This document shows, in pieces, positions 47,925 to 57,421 of a DNA stretch of 64,000 nucleotides (positions are counted from its first letter, which is position 1; each line of letters starts with the position of its first letter). The notes beneath the pieces are model-generated. The model saw nothing but the letters and a program-made list of their open reading frames with translations. It was not told where the DNA came from and made no database searches. A program made the translations under genes and the position numbers. The DNA is from Minisyncoccota bacterium. GTDB lineage: Bacteria > Patescibacteriota > Minisyncoccia > Phycocordibacterales > UBA9973. The stretch lies in contig JAQULK010000001.1 in assembly GCA_028718635.1 (NCBI GenBank), positions 24,626 to 88,625 on the forward strand, read 5' to 3'.

Positions 47925-48179
47925 ATGTATTATGTTTATATTCTTAAGAGTTTAAAAGATGGAAAACTATATGTTGGATCAACCAATGATCTGAAGCGAA
48001 GACTTTCGGAACACAATAACGGACTTAATCGTTCAACAAAAGCTAGACGTCCTTTTGAGCTTCGATATTATGAAGCTTGTGCTAGTGAAAGTGATGCCCG
48101 AACTAGAGAATATAATCTAAAGAAAGATGGAAAAGCACTTGGGCAACTTAAAAGAAGAATTTCCGAAAGTCTTAAATAA
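47925..48179 (+). CDS. Small GIY-YIG nuclease
   Basis: YYVYILKS....LYVGST.DL.RRL.EHN.G...STK..RP..L.YYE....A..RE..LK. Confidence 0.92.
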   Translation: MYYVYILKSLKDGKLYVGSTNDLKRRLSEHNNGLNRSTKARRPFELRYYEACASESDARTREYNLKKDGKALGQLKRRISESLK

Positions 48180-48180
48180 A

Positions 48181-48232
48181 TCCCCACAACCTATTTGGAT
48201 AGGTGTGGGGATAAAATGAAAGGTGTGGATAA
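48181..48232. repeat. CCCCACA..GGTGTGGGG palindrome downstream of GIY-YIG
   Basis: tccccacaacctat..ataggtgtgggga followed by aaaggtgtggataa. Confidence 0.7.
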
Positions 48233-48416
48233 CTATGCGACTCAGCTTGCTATTTCTGTAGAAATGTGGTATGGTACCTAAAGAAAACAATGTCAGTTCT
48301 CTGACAACTAAAAAAGTCAACCTGACCTTTTGGGTTGGGTTTAAAATAAAAGTGAAAAAATGCACGCGGACGGCCAGTTAGCGCGTCGGTGCAAAGAAAG
48401 AAAGGTAGGTAGAAAG

Positions 48417-49988
48417 ATGAAAAAAGCAATTTCTATTCTCGTAGTACTGTTGTCGTTTATTTTTACGACAACAGTTTATGCGGGAAATGTTCCCGCCGTT
48501 TCAGTGCAGGCAATCGACGTACCGTCGATTGCCAAAACGGGAAGTAATTTCACGATCGTTGTTACGATCGTGGGTAGTGGAACAAAGACAAAGATAGTAA
48601 AAGCCACCGTCAAATTTTATTTGACGAGTGGCAAGAAAAAGATATCTATTGGGAGCAAGAAAGTGACCATGGACGAAAGTACATGGTCGGGGGGTATTGT
48701 TCGCAAGATCCCAAAGAAAACAAAAGAGGGTACATATTACCTCTTGGTATGCGTAGGGAAAGTCTGTGTCGCTTCTACGACACAGATTCAGGTGGTAAAG
48801 GTATTACCGCCTCCACCGCCTCCACCACTGTCACCGCCTGTTCAGATGTGCACAGATTACACGTACACCGAATGGTCTGCTTGTGACCCAAGCGGACACC
48901 AAAACCGTACGACGATTGGCTACTTGCCAGCTGGTTGTACAGGTGCGCCGTCAACGGCGCCGGTATTAACACAGTCATGCACGCCACCTTCGCCACCATC
49001 GCCACTTTTCAAAATGGATGGAGAGACTAAGAGAACTGCTGTTGACGAGACAGGCAACCTGTTCACTATCATCACCACAACGTCAGGCCTAGATTCTTTG
49101 GTAAAGTCTGACAAAAATGGAGAAACATTTTGGGAAACGTCAATGGGGTGCAATCGTAGTAACATTGCACTCCTAGGAACGAATGCTTACGTTATCTGTA
49201 AAAAGGGAACAGGGGTATTCGTTGAGGTCGTTGACCAAAGTACTGGTCAACCAAAAACTGAACTGGAAACAAAAATCGCCAGCAACGGCGAACCGTTTAC
49301 AATCATTGCTGATCCATCCGCATCAAGTCTGTATTTAATGTGGGTTGATTATAACAGTGGTTCGACGATGCCCTGGATGGCCAGAGCAAATTCAGACGTC
49401 AACCAAACGTCAGGTTTTGTAAACGGTCCCTTTGACGGAAACATCGCCGTCGGGGCAACCGGTGTTTACATATCAAGATACACCGGTGAATGGGATGTCG
49501 TGGTAGACAGGCATGCGAAAGACCTGTCTGCAAAAACCAACATTGTGAGTTTGATCAATGTTGGTGAGCTAAGCGGTATAACACTTAGCGGTGATGAAAA
49601 AGAACTTTTTATCACCGACAGGGGAAATTTTATGGCAAGAGCTGTAGGAGACCCCCCTACTAGGAACGCGTTGTTTGTGGTTGACATCACTAGTGGTGGT
49701 ATCAACACGATAGACGCTGGCCTAGCTTATGGCAACGGGCCAAGCGACTTGTCATATGATCCCTTTGGATTATACAGTATAGTCCAGACGGCAGATGGGT
49801 ATTCTATTATCAAAATAGACCCAGCTACTGGCAAAATTACCCCAATTGTAACTAATATCAGCGGAGGTGGTGGTGACCACCGCCCTTTATTAACAACAGA
49901 CACTGCCAGCGGGAGATTCTATGTCTCCCATCTGGCAAATCAACCAGACACTGTTTGTGTCTGGGACCTGGGTGGCAATCCACTCTAA
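48417..49988 (+). CDS. Secreted multidomain protein (Ig-like, Pro linker, TSP1-like, probable beta-propeller)
   Basis: Signal peptide MKKAISIL; PPPPPP; C.DY.Y.EWSAC....Q.R; more GC-rich than neighbours. Confidence 0.75.
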   Translation: MKKAISILVVLLSFIFTTTVYAGNVPAVSVQAIDVPSIAKTGSNFTIVVTIVGSGTKTKIVKATVKFYLTSGKKKISIGSKKVTMDESTWSGGIVRKIPKKTKEGTYYLLVCVGKVCVASTTQIQVVKVLPPPPPPPLSPPVQMCTDYTYTEWSACDPSGHQNRTTIGYLPAGCTGAPSTAPVLTQSCTPPSPPSPLFKMDGETKRTAVDETGNLFTIITTTSGLDSLVKSDKNGETFWETSMGCNRSNIALLGTNAYVICKKGTGVFVEVVDQSTGQPKTELETKIASNGEPFTIIADPSASSLYLMWVDYNSGSTMPWMARANSDVNQTSGFVNGPFDGNIAVGATGVYISRYTGEWDVVVDRHAKDLSAKTNIVSLINVGELSGITLSGDEKELFITDRGNFMARAVGDPPTRNALFVVDITSGGINTIDAGLAYGNGPSDLSYDPFGLYSIVQTADGYSIIKIDPATGKITPIVTNISGGGGDHRPLLTTDTASGRFYVSHLANQPDTVCVWDLGGNPL

Positions 49989-49999
49989 GGTCGATCTCA

Positions 50000-50032
50000 A
50001 ATGGGCTCCCTTCAGCATGAAGGGAGCCCATT
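50000..50032 (+). terminator. Rho-independent terminator
   Basis: aatgggctcccttca-gca-tgaagggagcccatt then T-rich tract. Confidence 0.8.
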
Positions 50033-50061
50033 ATTACTTTAATTTGAAATAAAAAGGAGTG

Positions 50062-50090
50062 TTGACTAACTTTTTATAATAAAATACAAT
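50062..50090 (+). promoter_or_regulatory. Sigma70-type promoter of abiE operon
   Basis: TTGACT-17 nt-TACAAT. Confidence 0.6.
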
Positions 50091-50131
50091 GAAACTGTGA
50101 GTAATTATCAGTTCGGTCAAACATTATCAAT

Positions 50132-50716
50132 ATGGACAGTTTAATAGCAAAATTATATCAATCACCAAAAACAATCCTATCTAACAAGGATTTGGCTTTG
50201 ATTTGGCAGGAAAATAACGAAGAAAGTTTATACGCCAAAACTGCCTACTATGTAAAACAAAAAGCTCTAATCAGATTGACTCGGGGAGTTTTTGCTAAAA
50301 AAAAAGATTACAATCCAAAAGAATTGGCAACCAGTATTTACACTCCGTCTTATATCAGCTTCGAAACAGTTTTGAGAGAGGCCGGTGTCATTTTCCAACA
50401 CTACGATACAATATTTGTAGCTTCTAAATGGCCTAAAACAATGACTATAGATAAAAATACTTTTACCTTCAGAAAATTGAAAGATGCTATCCTGTTTAAT
50501 TCCACTGGTGTTGTCAATAAAGATAACTACAGCGTGGCCACCGCAGAAAGGGCATTCTTGGATATGATTTATTTATTTCCGAATTATTACTTTGATAATT
50601 TGAAATCGATCGACTGGGGTAAATGCAATGAATTAGTAAAAATTTACAACAACAAAGAATTAATAAAACGATTGAATAAATATCGCAAAAATTATCAAGA
50701 AAAAAATGTTGAATAG
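50132..50716 (+). CDS. Type IV TA antitoxin, AbiEi-like
   Basis: LIRL.RG, PSYISFET.L...G.I, AT.ERA.LD.IY. Confidence 0.85.
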   Translation: MDSLIAKLYQSPKTILSNKDLALIWQENNEESLYAKTAYYVKQKALIRLTRGVFAKKKDYNPKELATSIYTPSYISFETVLREAGVIFQHYDTIFVASKWPKTMTIDKNTFTFRKLKDAILFNSTGVVNKDNYSVATAERAFLDMIYLFPNYYFDNLKSIDWGKCNELVKIYNNKELIKRLNKYRKNYQEKNVE

Positions 50717-51419
50717 GCAAAAACATCAATTAATAATGAGTCGGATTTTGAAGGACATCTATACCGATATTACGATCAGTCCGCTCTTGGGATTCAAGGG
50801 TGGCACTTGCGCCTATTTTTTCTATAATCTGCCAAGGTTCTCGGTGGACTTGGATTTTGATTTGTTGGTGGTGAATGACGAAAATCAAAAAATAGTATTT
50901 GAAAAAATTGTTGCTATCTTAAAAAGATACGGAGAAGTCAAAGATCAATACATCAAGAGATTTACTGTCTTTGCTCTGCTCTCCTACGGTGATGACGACC
51001 ATAATATCAAGGTTGAAATTAATGTTAGAAAATTGATAGAAAACATTCAAGACCACTATGAGATGAAGGAATATCTTGGCATCTCCATGTTTGTCGCCAA
51101 AAAAGATTATTTGTTTGCGAGCAAACTCTCGGCTTTGACCTTGAGAAGCGAAACCGCAATGAGAGACATTTATGATATTCACTTTTTTGCCAAAAATAGT
51201 TGGGATATTAATGCTGAAGTTATCAAAGAAAGAACCGGCAAAACCACCAAGGAATACTTGGCTGCTTGCATAGCATTTATAGAAAAAGTAAAGGGCAATC
51301 AAATTTTGCAGGGATTGGGGGAACTTGTTGATAGTGAAAAAGAAAAAGCGTGGATTAGAAATCATTTGAAATCCGACTCTATCTTCATGCTGAAAAATTA
51401 TATGTCGGTAATAAAATAA
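50706..51419 (+). CDS. AbiEii nucleotidyltransferase toxin
   Basis: FKGGT..Y.FY.L.RFSVDLDF; K..A...R...RDIYD. Confidence 0.92.
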   Translation: MLNRQKHQLIMSRILKDIYTDITISPLLGFKGGTCAYFFYNLPRFSVDLDFDLLVVNDENQKIVFEKIVAILKRYGEVKDQYIKRFTVFALLSYGDDDHNIKVEINVRKLIENIQDHYEMKEYLGISMFVAKKDYLFASKLSALTLRSETAMRDIYDIHFFAKNSWDINAEVIKERTGKTTKEYLAACIAFIEKVKGNQILQGLGELVDSEKEKAWIRNHLKSDSIFMLKNYMSVIK

Positions 51420-51549
51420 TTTTTAGGTTGCAAAAAAATACCATCTATGATATTATTCTAGTGTGTAAGTCCTGTCGCAACAGGGCTTTTATTTTTAAAA
51501 ACTTAATAGCCAGACAGCGCCTAAGGTGCTGTCTGGTGCAAAAAAATTT

Positions 51550-52743
51550 ATGTTAGACATAAAAACATTCAGGTCAGCGTTGGAACAATTGGAGGAAGAG
51601 AGGAAAATCCCAAAAGAAAAAATACTGGAAGCTATAGAGCAAGCGATGGCCGCTGCTTATAAAAAAGATTATGGCAAGAAAGGACAAATCATCCGAGCAA
51701 AGTTCGATATGGAAACTGGTAAAACAGATTTTTTCCAAGTAAAAATCGTGGTAGACGAAAGTATCGCCATTATGGATGACGAAAGACCCCTACCCAACCT
51801 CCCCCTTAATAAGGGGGAGGAGCAAGGAGGGGGTGCAGACGAGCGCGTGCATTTTAATTCCGAACATCACATTCTTCTCGAAGACGCAAAAAAAATTACA
51901 AAGGGAGCCGAGCTAAATGACGAAATAATTTTTCCACTAGAACAAAAAGACAATTATGGACGCATCGCCGCACAGACCGCCAAGCAAGTCATCATCCAGA
52001 AGATCCGCGAGGCAGAACGCACTTCTATTATAGATGAATATGGCACCAAAGAGGGCGAGGTTATTTCCGGCATAGTGCAAAAAGTAGAAAGAGGAAACGT
52101 CTATGTCGATTTCAACAGAGCTACCGGAATATTGCCTACCGAAGAACAAATCCCAGGAGAATATTGGACTCGCGGACAAAGAATCCGAGCTTATCTTTAT
52201 AGCGTGGAAGACACTCATCGAGGCATCAACTTGCGCCTTTCTCGAACTCATCCCAAATTTGTAGAAAAACTTTTTGCCATAGAAGCGCCAGAGATAGAAA
52301 ACGGCATAGTAGAGATTAAATCTATTGCGCGTGAAGCAGGCGCTCGTTCAAAAATTGCGGTTTATTCAAACGACGAGCACATCGATCCAGTCGGCTCTTG
52401 CGTCGGCCAAAAAGGAACCAGAGTAAACACTATCACCACCGAACTTTCCGGAGAAAAAATCGACATCATTCCTTGGTCCTCTGATCCTTCTCAATTCATT
52501 TCTAATTCTCTTTCTCCAGCCAAAGTTATTTCGATTGTTATAGACGAGAAAGAACACAAGGCCATCGTGGAAGTGGCCAACGATCAGCTGTCGCTCGCCA
52601 TCGGCAAAGGCGGACAAAATGTGCGCCTCGCCGCCAAACTGACCGGCTGGAGGATAGACATAAAAGGCGATGATTTGTCTGCGCAAACAGAAAAAGAAGT
52701 TGTTAAAAATGAAGAAGACGTTAAGGAAGATGAATCCCGTTAG
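51550..52743 (+). CDS. nusA: Transcription factor NusA
   Basis: GRIAAQTAKQVI.QKIREAER, AREAG.RSKIAV, LAIGKGGQNVRLAAKLTGWRIDI; palindrome insert at 51786-51834. Confidence 0.98.
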   Translation: MLDIKTFRSALEQLEEERKIPKEKILEAIEQAMAAAYKKDYGKKGQIIRAKFDMETGKTDFFQVKIVVDESIAIMDDERPLPNLPLNKGEEQGGGADERVHFNSEHHILLEDAKKITKGAELNDEIIFPLEQKDNYGRIAAQTAKQVIIQKIREAERTSIIDEYGTKEGEVISGIVQKVERGNVYVDFNRATGILPTEEQIPGEYWTRGQRIRAYLYSVEDTHRGINLRLSRTHPKFVEKLFAIEAPEIENGIVEIKSIAREAGARSKIAVYSNDEHIDPVGSCVGQKGTRVNTITTELSGEKIDIIPWSSDPSQFISNSLSPAKVISIVIDEKEHKAIVEVANDQLSLAIGKGGQNVRLAAKLTGWRIDIKGDDLSAQTEKEVVKNEEDVKEDESR

Positions 52744-52885
52744 AAGTCATTTTATTGGGATGAATCCCGTTAGAGATCAGTTGGTTAATATAAAAATTAA
52801 AAATGTTTTGTTATAATAAATTTAGTCGACATTAATAAGTTAATTTATGGTACGGGAATGCAAAGCATTCCCTATCTCTAACGGG
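52736..52885 (+). mobile_element. Tandem start-codon hairpin elements (truncated + full) at hppA
   Basis: ATGAAT-CCCGTTAGAAG..GGG-ATGAAT-CCCGTTAGAGAT...ATCTCTAACGGG-ATGAAT. Confidence 0.8.
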
Positions 52886-54910
52886 ATGAATCAATTTTTA
52901 TCGTTTGCGATCATTAGTTCGTTTGTCGCTATTGTTTACGGTTTGTTTTTGGCTAAATCAATATTAAAAAAGAGTCCTGGAAATACTCGCATGCAGGAAA
53001 TTGCGAAAGCAATTCAAGAAGGGGCTAGCGCATATTTAAATAAACAATATAAAACTATCAGCATTATTGCGGTGATCCTTTTCTTTATCATCGGTTTGGT
53101 GCCAAAACTCGGATGGACTATGGCTTTTGGATTTTTAGTCGGAGCTATTTTTTCTGGTCTTGCAGGCTATATAGGTATGAACGTATCTGTCAGAGCAAAT
53201 GTCCGCACGACCGAAGCTGCTAAGAGTGGCATAAATGAAGCGCTTTCCCTGGCCTTTAAGGGCGGTACAGTTACCGGACTTTTAGTAGTCGGCTTGGCTC
53301 TCTTGGGCGTAACAGCTTTTTATGCAATTACAAAAGATGTCCCTGCGCTTGTAGGGCTTGGTTTCGGCGCTTCCCTTATTTCAATCTTTGCAAGATTGGG
53401 CGGAGGAATTTTTACAAAAGCAGCCGATGTCGGCGCTGACCTTGTAGGCAAGCTTGAAGCAGGCATTCCAGAAGACGATCCAAGAAACCCCGGAGTTATC
53501 GCAGACAATGTCGGGGACAATGTCGGGGATTGCGCTGGCATGGCAGCTGATTTATTTGAAACTTATGCTGTCACCTCAGTCGCTACGATGTTGCTCGGCT
53601 CGCTTCTTTTTGTCGGTTTTGAAAATGCAGTCATCTACCCTCTCGTAATAGGCGGTATGGCAATATTCGCATCTATTATCGGTACTTGGTTTGTGCGCTT
53701 AGGCAAAAGCAAGGAGGGTCAAGAAAATATAATGGGCGCCTTATACAAAGGCCTCATCGCCTCTGGTGTCATCGCAGCTGTTTTATTTTATCCTGTTACC
53801 AATATTCTTATGGCAGGAAATGGAAAATATGCAGTAATAGATTTATTCATTTGCTCTTTGGTTGGTCTCTTTGTTACTGGAGCGCTTGTCGTCATTACAG
53901 AATATTTCACTTCTACAAAATACTATCCCGTAAAATCTATCGCGGAAGCATCGGCTTCCGGTCATGGCACAAATGTTATTCAAGGTTTGGCTATTTCCAT
54001 GAAAGCTACTGCCTTGCCTTTGATCACAATCGTTTTAGGAATATTGATTAGTTATAGTTTTGGCGGACTTTATGGAATCGCCGTAGCTGCGATGTCTATG
54101 CTTTCAATGACAGGGATAATTGTGGCGATAGATGCCTATGGTCCTATCACCGACAACGCGGGAGGTATTGCAGAAATGGCAGAACTTCCAGAATCAGTTC
54201 GAAACATCACTGATCCTTTAGATGCAGTTGGAAACACTACCAAGGCTGTTACAAAAGGTTATGCTATCGGTTCTGCTGGACTTGCCGCACTGGTTCTTTT
54301 TGCCTCTTATACAGAAGAAATTATAAAAGCTGGAAAAAGTATCAATTTTGATCTAAGTAATCCATTTGTAATTATGGGACTCTTTTTAGGAGGACTTCTT
54401 CCCTACTATTTCGGAGCGCTTTGCATGGAAGCAGTGGGAAAAACTGCCGGAAAAGTGGTAGAAGAAATCCGAAGACAATTCAGAGAAATAAAAGGAATTA
54501 TGGAAGGCACTGCAAAACCGGATTACGCAAAAGCTGTTTCAATCATTACGGGTGCCGCTATCAAGCAAATGATCTTGCCCGCCCTTATACCAGTCCTTGC
54601 TCCAATTTTAGTGATTGTTCTTTTTGGAAAAGAAAAAGGGTTTGTTGTTTTAGGCGGTCTTCTTGTCGGCTCCATCGTTACAGGACTTTTCGTTGCCATT
54701 TCGATGACCTCAGGCGGAGGCGCATGGGACAATGCTAAAAAACACATAGAACAAGGCAATCACGGAGGCAAAGGAAGTGAGGCTCATAAAGCTGCAGTTA
54801 CTGGTGATACTGTCGGAGATCCTTACAAAGACACAGCCGGCCCTGCCATCAACCCTATGATAAAAATCCTAAACATAGTTGCCTTGCTTTTAGTTATTTT
54901 ATTGATGTAA
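52886..54910 (+). CDS. hppA: Membrane-bound proton-translocating pyrophosphatase (K+-independent type)
   Basis: [43 protein letters not shown]. Confidence 0.96.
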   Translation: MNQFLSFAIISSFVAIVYGLFLAKSILKKSPGNTRMQEIAKAIQEGASAYLNKQYKTISIIAVILFFIIGLVPKLGWTMAFGFLVGAIFSGLAGYIGMNVSVRANVRTTEAAKSGINEALSLAFKGGTVTGLLVVGLALLGVTAFYAITKDVPALVGLGFGASLISIFARLGGGIFTKAADVGADLVGKLEAGIPEDDPRNPGVIADNVGDNVGDCAGMAADLFETYAVTSVATMLLGSLLFVGFENAVIYPLVIGGMAIFASIIGTWFVRLGKSKEGQENIMGALYKGLIASGVIAAVLFYPVTNILMAGNGKYAVIDLFICSLVGLFVTGALVVITEYFTSTKYYPVKSIAEASASGHGTNVIQGLAISMKATALPLITIVLGILISYSFGGLYGIAVAAMSMLSMTGIIVAIDAYGPITDNAGGIAEMAELPESVRNITDPLDAVGNTTKAVTKGYAIGSAGLAALVLFASYTEEIIKAGKSINFDLSNPFVIMGLFLGGLLPYYFGALCMEAVGKTAGKVVEEIRRQFREIKGIMEGTAKPDYAKAVSIITGAAIKQMILPALIPVLAPILVIVLFGKEKGFVVLGGLLVGSIVTGLFVAISMTSGGGAWDNAKKHIEQGNHGGKGSEAHKAAVTGDTVGDPYKDTAGPAINPMIKILNIVALLLVILLM

Positions 54911-54911
54911 T

Positions 54912-55018
54912 CCCGTTAGAGGCCGCGGTCGCATATGGGAAGAAGAATTAGAAAATTATTATTAATTTAATTTAGGCAGTATGTAAGTTCAATGCGAACG
55001 CGACCTGCCTCTAACGGG
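54912..55018 (+). mobile_element. Start-codon hairpin element at tig
   Basis: TAAT-CCCGTTAGAGGCCGCGGTCGC...GCGAACGCGACCTGCCTCTAACGGG-ATG. Confidence 0.8.
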
Positions 55019-56131
55019 ATGAAAATTACTGTAAACAAATTACCAAAAAGCGAAGTAGAAATCGAAGGTGAAATAGACGCTGAGATTTTTGAATCTTATT
55101 ACGAGAAAGCGCTCAAGAAAATCGGCGAGAATTTTGAGACGGACGGATTCCGCAAGGGCAAAGTGCCGGAAAATATTTTACTTTCCAAAATTCCAGAAAT
55201 CAGCATCTTGGAAGAAATGGCAGAGATGGCTTTGAGCGAACATTATCCTAAAATAATTGAGAGTGAAAAAATAGATGCCATAAGTCGCCCAGAAATTTCA
55301 ATTATAAAATTAGCGCGCAAGAATCCTTTAGGATTTAAAATAAAAACCGCCATCTTGCCGGAGATGAAACTTCCTGACTATAAAAATATCTCTAAGAAAA
55401 TAACTTCTGAAATTACTGATGCTGAAAAAAATATCGTCGTCTCTGATGAAGATTTAGAAGCCACCATTATGGACATCCGTAAATCTCGCGCACCCAAGGT
55501 GCATATGGCAACCCCTCCCCAACCCCTCCCCGAAGGGGAGGGGGGAATTTCTTCCTCCCCTTCGGGGAGGACTGAGGAGGGGTCGGAGAAGGCGGGGGAT
55601 GAGGTGGAACCCGAACTCCCTGCATTTGATGATGAATTTGTAAAAGGTCTTGGTCCTTTCAAAGATGTGGAGGATTTCAAAACAAAACTAAAAGAAAATA
55701 TAAAACTAGAAAAAGAAAACCAACAAAAAGAAAAGACCAGATTGAAAATTATAGAAAAAATAGTCGAGGATAGCGTTATGGATTTGCCTGAGATTTTGGT
55801 TGAAGTTGAACTAGATAAAATTCTATACCGCATGGAATCCGACATTACTCAAATGGGATTGAAATTTGAAGACTATTTGAAACATTTAAATAAAACCAAA
55901 GAGGATTTGAGAAAAGAATTCAGAACGGATGCCGAGAAGAAAGCCAAGCTTGCTCTTATCTTAAATGAGATAGCTAAAGTTGAAAAAATAGTCGCCGACC
56001 CCGAGCAAGTCGCCAACGAAGTCGCAGCTATTTTGGAACACTATAAAGACGCCGACCCCGAGCGCGCTCGCATGCACGCCGAAAACGTCCTCACCAACGA
56101 AAAAATATTTCAGTTTCTAGAAAACCAGTAA
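55019..56131 (+). CDS. tig: Trigger factor lacking FKBP domain
   Basis: GFRKGKVP ribosome-binding motif; C-terminal domain; palindrome insert 55511-55605. Confidence 0.93.
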   Translation: MKITVNKLPKSEVEIEGEIDAEIFESYYEKALKKIGENFETDGFRKGKVPENILLSKIPEISILEEMAEMALSEHYPKIIESEKIDAISRPEISIIKLARKNPLGFKIKTAILPEMKLPDYKNISKKITSEITDAEKNIVVSDEDLEATIMDIRKSRAPKVHMATPPQPLPEGEGGISSSPSGRTEEGSEKAGDEVEPELPAFDDEFVKGLGPFKDVEDFKTKLKENIKLEKENQQKEKTRLKIIEKIVEDSVMDLPEILVEVELDKILYRMESDITQMGLKFEDYLKHLNKTKEDLRKEFRTDAEKKAKLALILNEIAKVEKIVADPEQVANEVAAILEHYKDADPERARMHAENVLTNEKIFQFLENQ

Positions 56132-56178
56132 AAACTATGCAACAAAAGATATTGTAAAATAATTAATTTTATAAATTT

Positions 56179-56412
56179 ATGGAATCTAGTAATAATTTTA
56201 AAAAATCATCGCCAGAAGATCTAAGTATAAAACCTGAGAAGAAAGACCGTAAAGAAATTGAAATGGAAATAAAAAAATTGGAAAAACAATTATCAGAATG
56301 TTCATATTTGGAACAACAAAAAATTAAAGAGAAGATAGAAAAATTGATTCAGGAATTAGGAGATGACGATAGACTTAAAAGATTGTTTCAAAATGGATTG
56401 GTGGATAATTAA
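56179..56412 (+). CDS. Small hypothetical coiled-coil protein
   Basis: 77 aa K/E-rich ORF filling the gap. Confidence 0.45.
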   Translation: MESSNNFKKSSPEDLSIKPEKKDRKEIEMEIKKLEKQLSECSYLEQQKIKEKIEKLIQELGDDDRLKRLFQNGLVDN

Positions 56413-56487
56413 TCCGATAATCTGTCTTCAGACTACAAGAAATTGTAAAAAAAAGTTATACGCTTATTATATTCACACCAAAGAATT

Positions 56488-57414
56488 TCAGTCCTTTCTT
56501 CCCAAAATTTTAAATCCATCCATAATCGCATCACAAAGAAAATCCTCCAGCTGGCTTTGATCTTCTTTGGTTTGAGCTTTATAAAGATAAGTATAATACA
56601 ATCTCTTGTTTTCTTGCTTGATAATAGCAGGCGCAAGATTAGACTTCAGGAGCATGGCAGATATTAAAATCCGTCCGATACGCCCATTTCCATCAGAGAA
56701 AGGGTGAATCTGCTCAAAACGGCTATGCACTTCCGTGATTAAGGCAACTATGTCTTTAGTTTTTTTATTCATTTCTTTAATAATACTTGGAATTAAATCG
56801 GGTATTTTCATGTAATTGGCAACCGGCAAATTAACCCCCAAAATTCTCACTGCGTGGTTGCGATATGTCCCCGCATCAGAAAGAATGCCATTCATTAAAA
56901 TACTGTGCAGCCTCAATATTAATTTTTCATCCAACTTCCCGCCCTTTGAAATATATTCAAAAAGATAAATAAGAGCTGTTTGATGGTTCTTGGCCTCCAA
57001 TTGTTCAGTCAAACTTTTATTTGGCAAAGAAACATTATCAAAAAGGATAGACGCAGTATCTGGTTCGGTTAAGGTGCTCCCTTCTATTTTATTGCTATTG
57101 TATGTAAGTTTTAATAGAAATGTATCTCTAATATCCGGATTGTTTAGTATGGTGGCAATAATGTTTTTATGTTCTTGAGACTTTTTATTTAGGATTTGTT
57201 TTTTAGCCACCAGCTGATCTATCGGAATTATTTTTTCCCCTGTCACTTCTAAAAATAACTCATCAATCAAAATCTGTATTTTAGGTCGAGGAATTGATTT
57301 GCCCGTCCACCAGCTATTAAAGGCCACAAAAGAAACGCCGATCCGTTCAGCTAATTTAGTCTGGGTTAATCCAGTGGCTTGTTTAATAACTTGTAATTTT
57401 TTTACTATATCCAT
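56488..57414 (-). CDS. XRE HTH + Fic domain protein
   Basis: LTQTKLAERIGVS; inhibitory-helix-like SNKIEG; HPFSDGNGRIGR. Confidence 0.93.
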   Translation of the reverse strand: MDIVKKLQVIKQATGLTQTKLAERIGVSFVAFNSWWTGKSIPRPKIQILIDELFLEVTGEKIIPIDQLVAKKQILNKKSQEHKNIIATILNNPDIRDTFLLKLTYNSNKIEGSTLTEPDTASILFDNVSLPNKSLTEQLEAKNHQTALIYLFEYISKGGKLDEKLILRLHSILMNGILSDAGTYRNHAVRILGVNLPVANYMKIPDLIPSIIKEMNKKTKDIVALITEVHSRFEQIHPFSDGNGRIGRILISAMLLKSNLAPAIIKQENKRLYYTYLYKAQTKEDQSQLEDFLCDAIMDGFKILGRKD

Positions 57415-57421
57415 GCAGGAT

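Noticed and set aside
45449-51419. Prophage or integrative element
   Set aside because: No integrase, terminase, capsid genes or att-like long repeats; only scattered accessory genes.
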